Source: Eledone cirrhosa (lineage: Eukaryota). Taken from it: DNA of 28,727 nt. The translations under genes and the position numbers were made by a program. The stretch is from contig CAXHJY010000475.1 in the NCBI GenBank assembly GCA_964016885.1, positions 1 through 28,727 of the forward strand, in the 5' to 3' direction. Every line of letters starts with the position of its first letter. Positions within the stretch are counted from its first letter, which is position 1. The notes below the pieces were generated by a model, which searched no databases, was not told where the DNA came from, and saw only the letters and a program-made list of their open reading frames with translations. This document shows, in pieces, positions 27,040 to 28,727 of this stretch.

Positions 27040-27424
27040 ACTGATATATAATGTGCAGTATATATGTAACAAAAGAAAGAAATGGAACTTGAGGTGAGAA
27101 GATCTCTCCAACCAACCTTTCTATACCCCACTCTCAATATCATAGGCCCCCACCCCACCCACACACAGGGCCCTCTCTTCATGTCAAGTCTAGGCATGAA
27201 AGCCACAGATTCCACTATTGATTTCACTTGTACATACGTTGCAAATCAATATCGCTCATCTGGTTGATCTGATTTTCTTTAAGCAGATATATCTCAACAC
27301 CTCACACGTGTCGGCCATTAGGCCGTCTTTTTCTATTGTTGCTGTTACTGTTGTTGTTGTTGTTGTTGATACAGTTGTTGCTGCTGTAGTTGTTATTGTT
27401 GTTGTTGTAGCTGTTGTTGTTGTT

Positions 27425-28187
<763 letters not shown>

Positions 28188-28190
<3 letters not shown>

Positions 28191-28727
28191 GTAGTGGTGG
28201 TGGTGGTGGTGGTGGTGGTAGTGGTAGTGGTCGTGGTGGTGGTGATGGTGGTGATGGTAGTGGTAGTGGTGGTGGTGGTATTGGTGGTGGTGGTATTGGT
28301 GTTGGTGGTGATGGTGGTGGTAGTGGTGGTGGTGGTGATGATGGTGATGGTAGTGGTAGTGGTGGTATTGGTGGTGGTGGTGTTGGTGGTGGTAGTGGTG
28401 GTATTGGTGGTGGTGGTAGTGGTGGTGGTAGTGGTGGTGGTGGTGATGATGGTGATGGTAGTGGTAGTGGTGGTATTGGTGGTGGTGGTGTTGGTGGTGG
28501 TAGTAGTGGTATTGGTGGTGGTGATGGTGGTGGTGGTGTTGGTGGTGGTAGTGGTGGTATTGGTGGTGGTGATGGTGGTGGTGGTGTTGGTGGTGGTAGT
28601 GGTGGTATTGGTGGTGGTGATGGTAGTGGTAGTGGTGGTCGTGGTGGTGGTGGAGATGGTAGTGGTAGTGGTGGTAGTGGAAGTGGTGGTAGTGGTGGTG
28701 GTGGAGATGGTAGTGGTAGTGGTGGTA
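28188..28727. repeat. Degenerate (GGT)n tract, runs off the window end
   Basis: GGT with AGT/GAT/ATT variants. Confidence 0.95.

Overview
Eukaryotic, AT-rich, repeat-dominated DNA with no intact protein-coding gene; nearly all long ORFs in the track are artefacts of (TA)n, (CA)n, (CT)n, (ACC/AAC)n and minisatellite sequence. The SINE families and microsatellite load look like an octopus-type (coleoid) genome, which is inferred from recall and not from a search. Recognisable parts are several tRNA-derived SINEs, two RTE-clade LINE 3' ends, the restriction-like endonuclease (RLE) end of an R4/Dong-like retroelement sitting in a (TACA)n tract, and a 7.8-kb ~60-bp minisatellite. The main hidden signal lies in the short 'unique' islands between the (TA)n tracts, which are full of minimal type I hammerhead ribozymes (HHRs) on both strands. 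Seven have an intact CUGANGA/GAAA/NUH core (4601+, 4941-, 5237+, 6441+, 7205+, 25418+, 26701-) and about six more are variant or degraded. They typically have palindromic stem III, and some form tandem and inverted arrangements like Penelope-like-element pseudo-LTRs or retrozymes. A four-copy fold-back family looks like an HHR converted into a perfect hairpin. All folds were paired by hand and none has been tested for activity.
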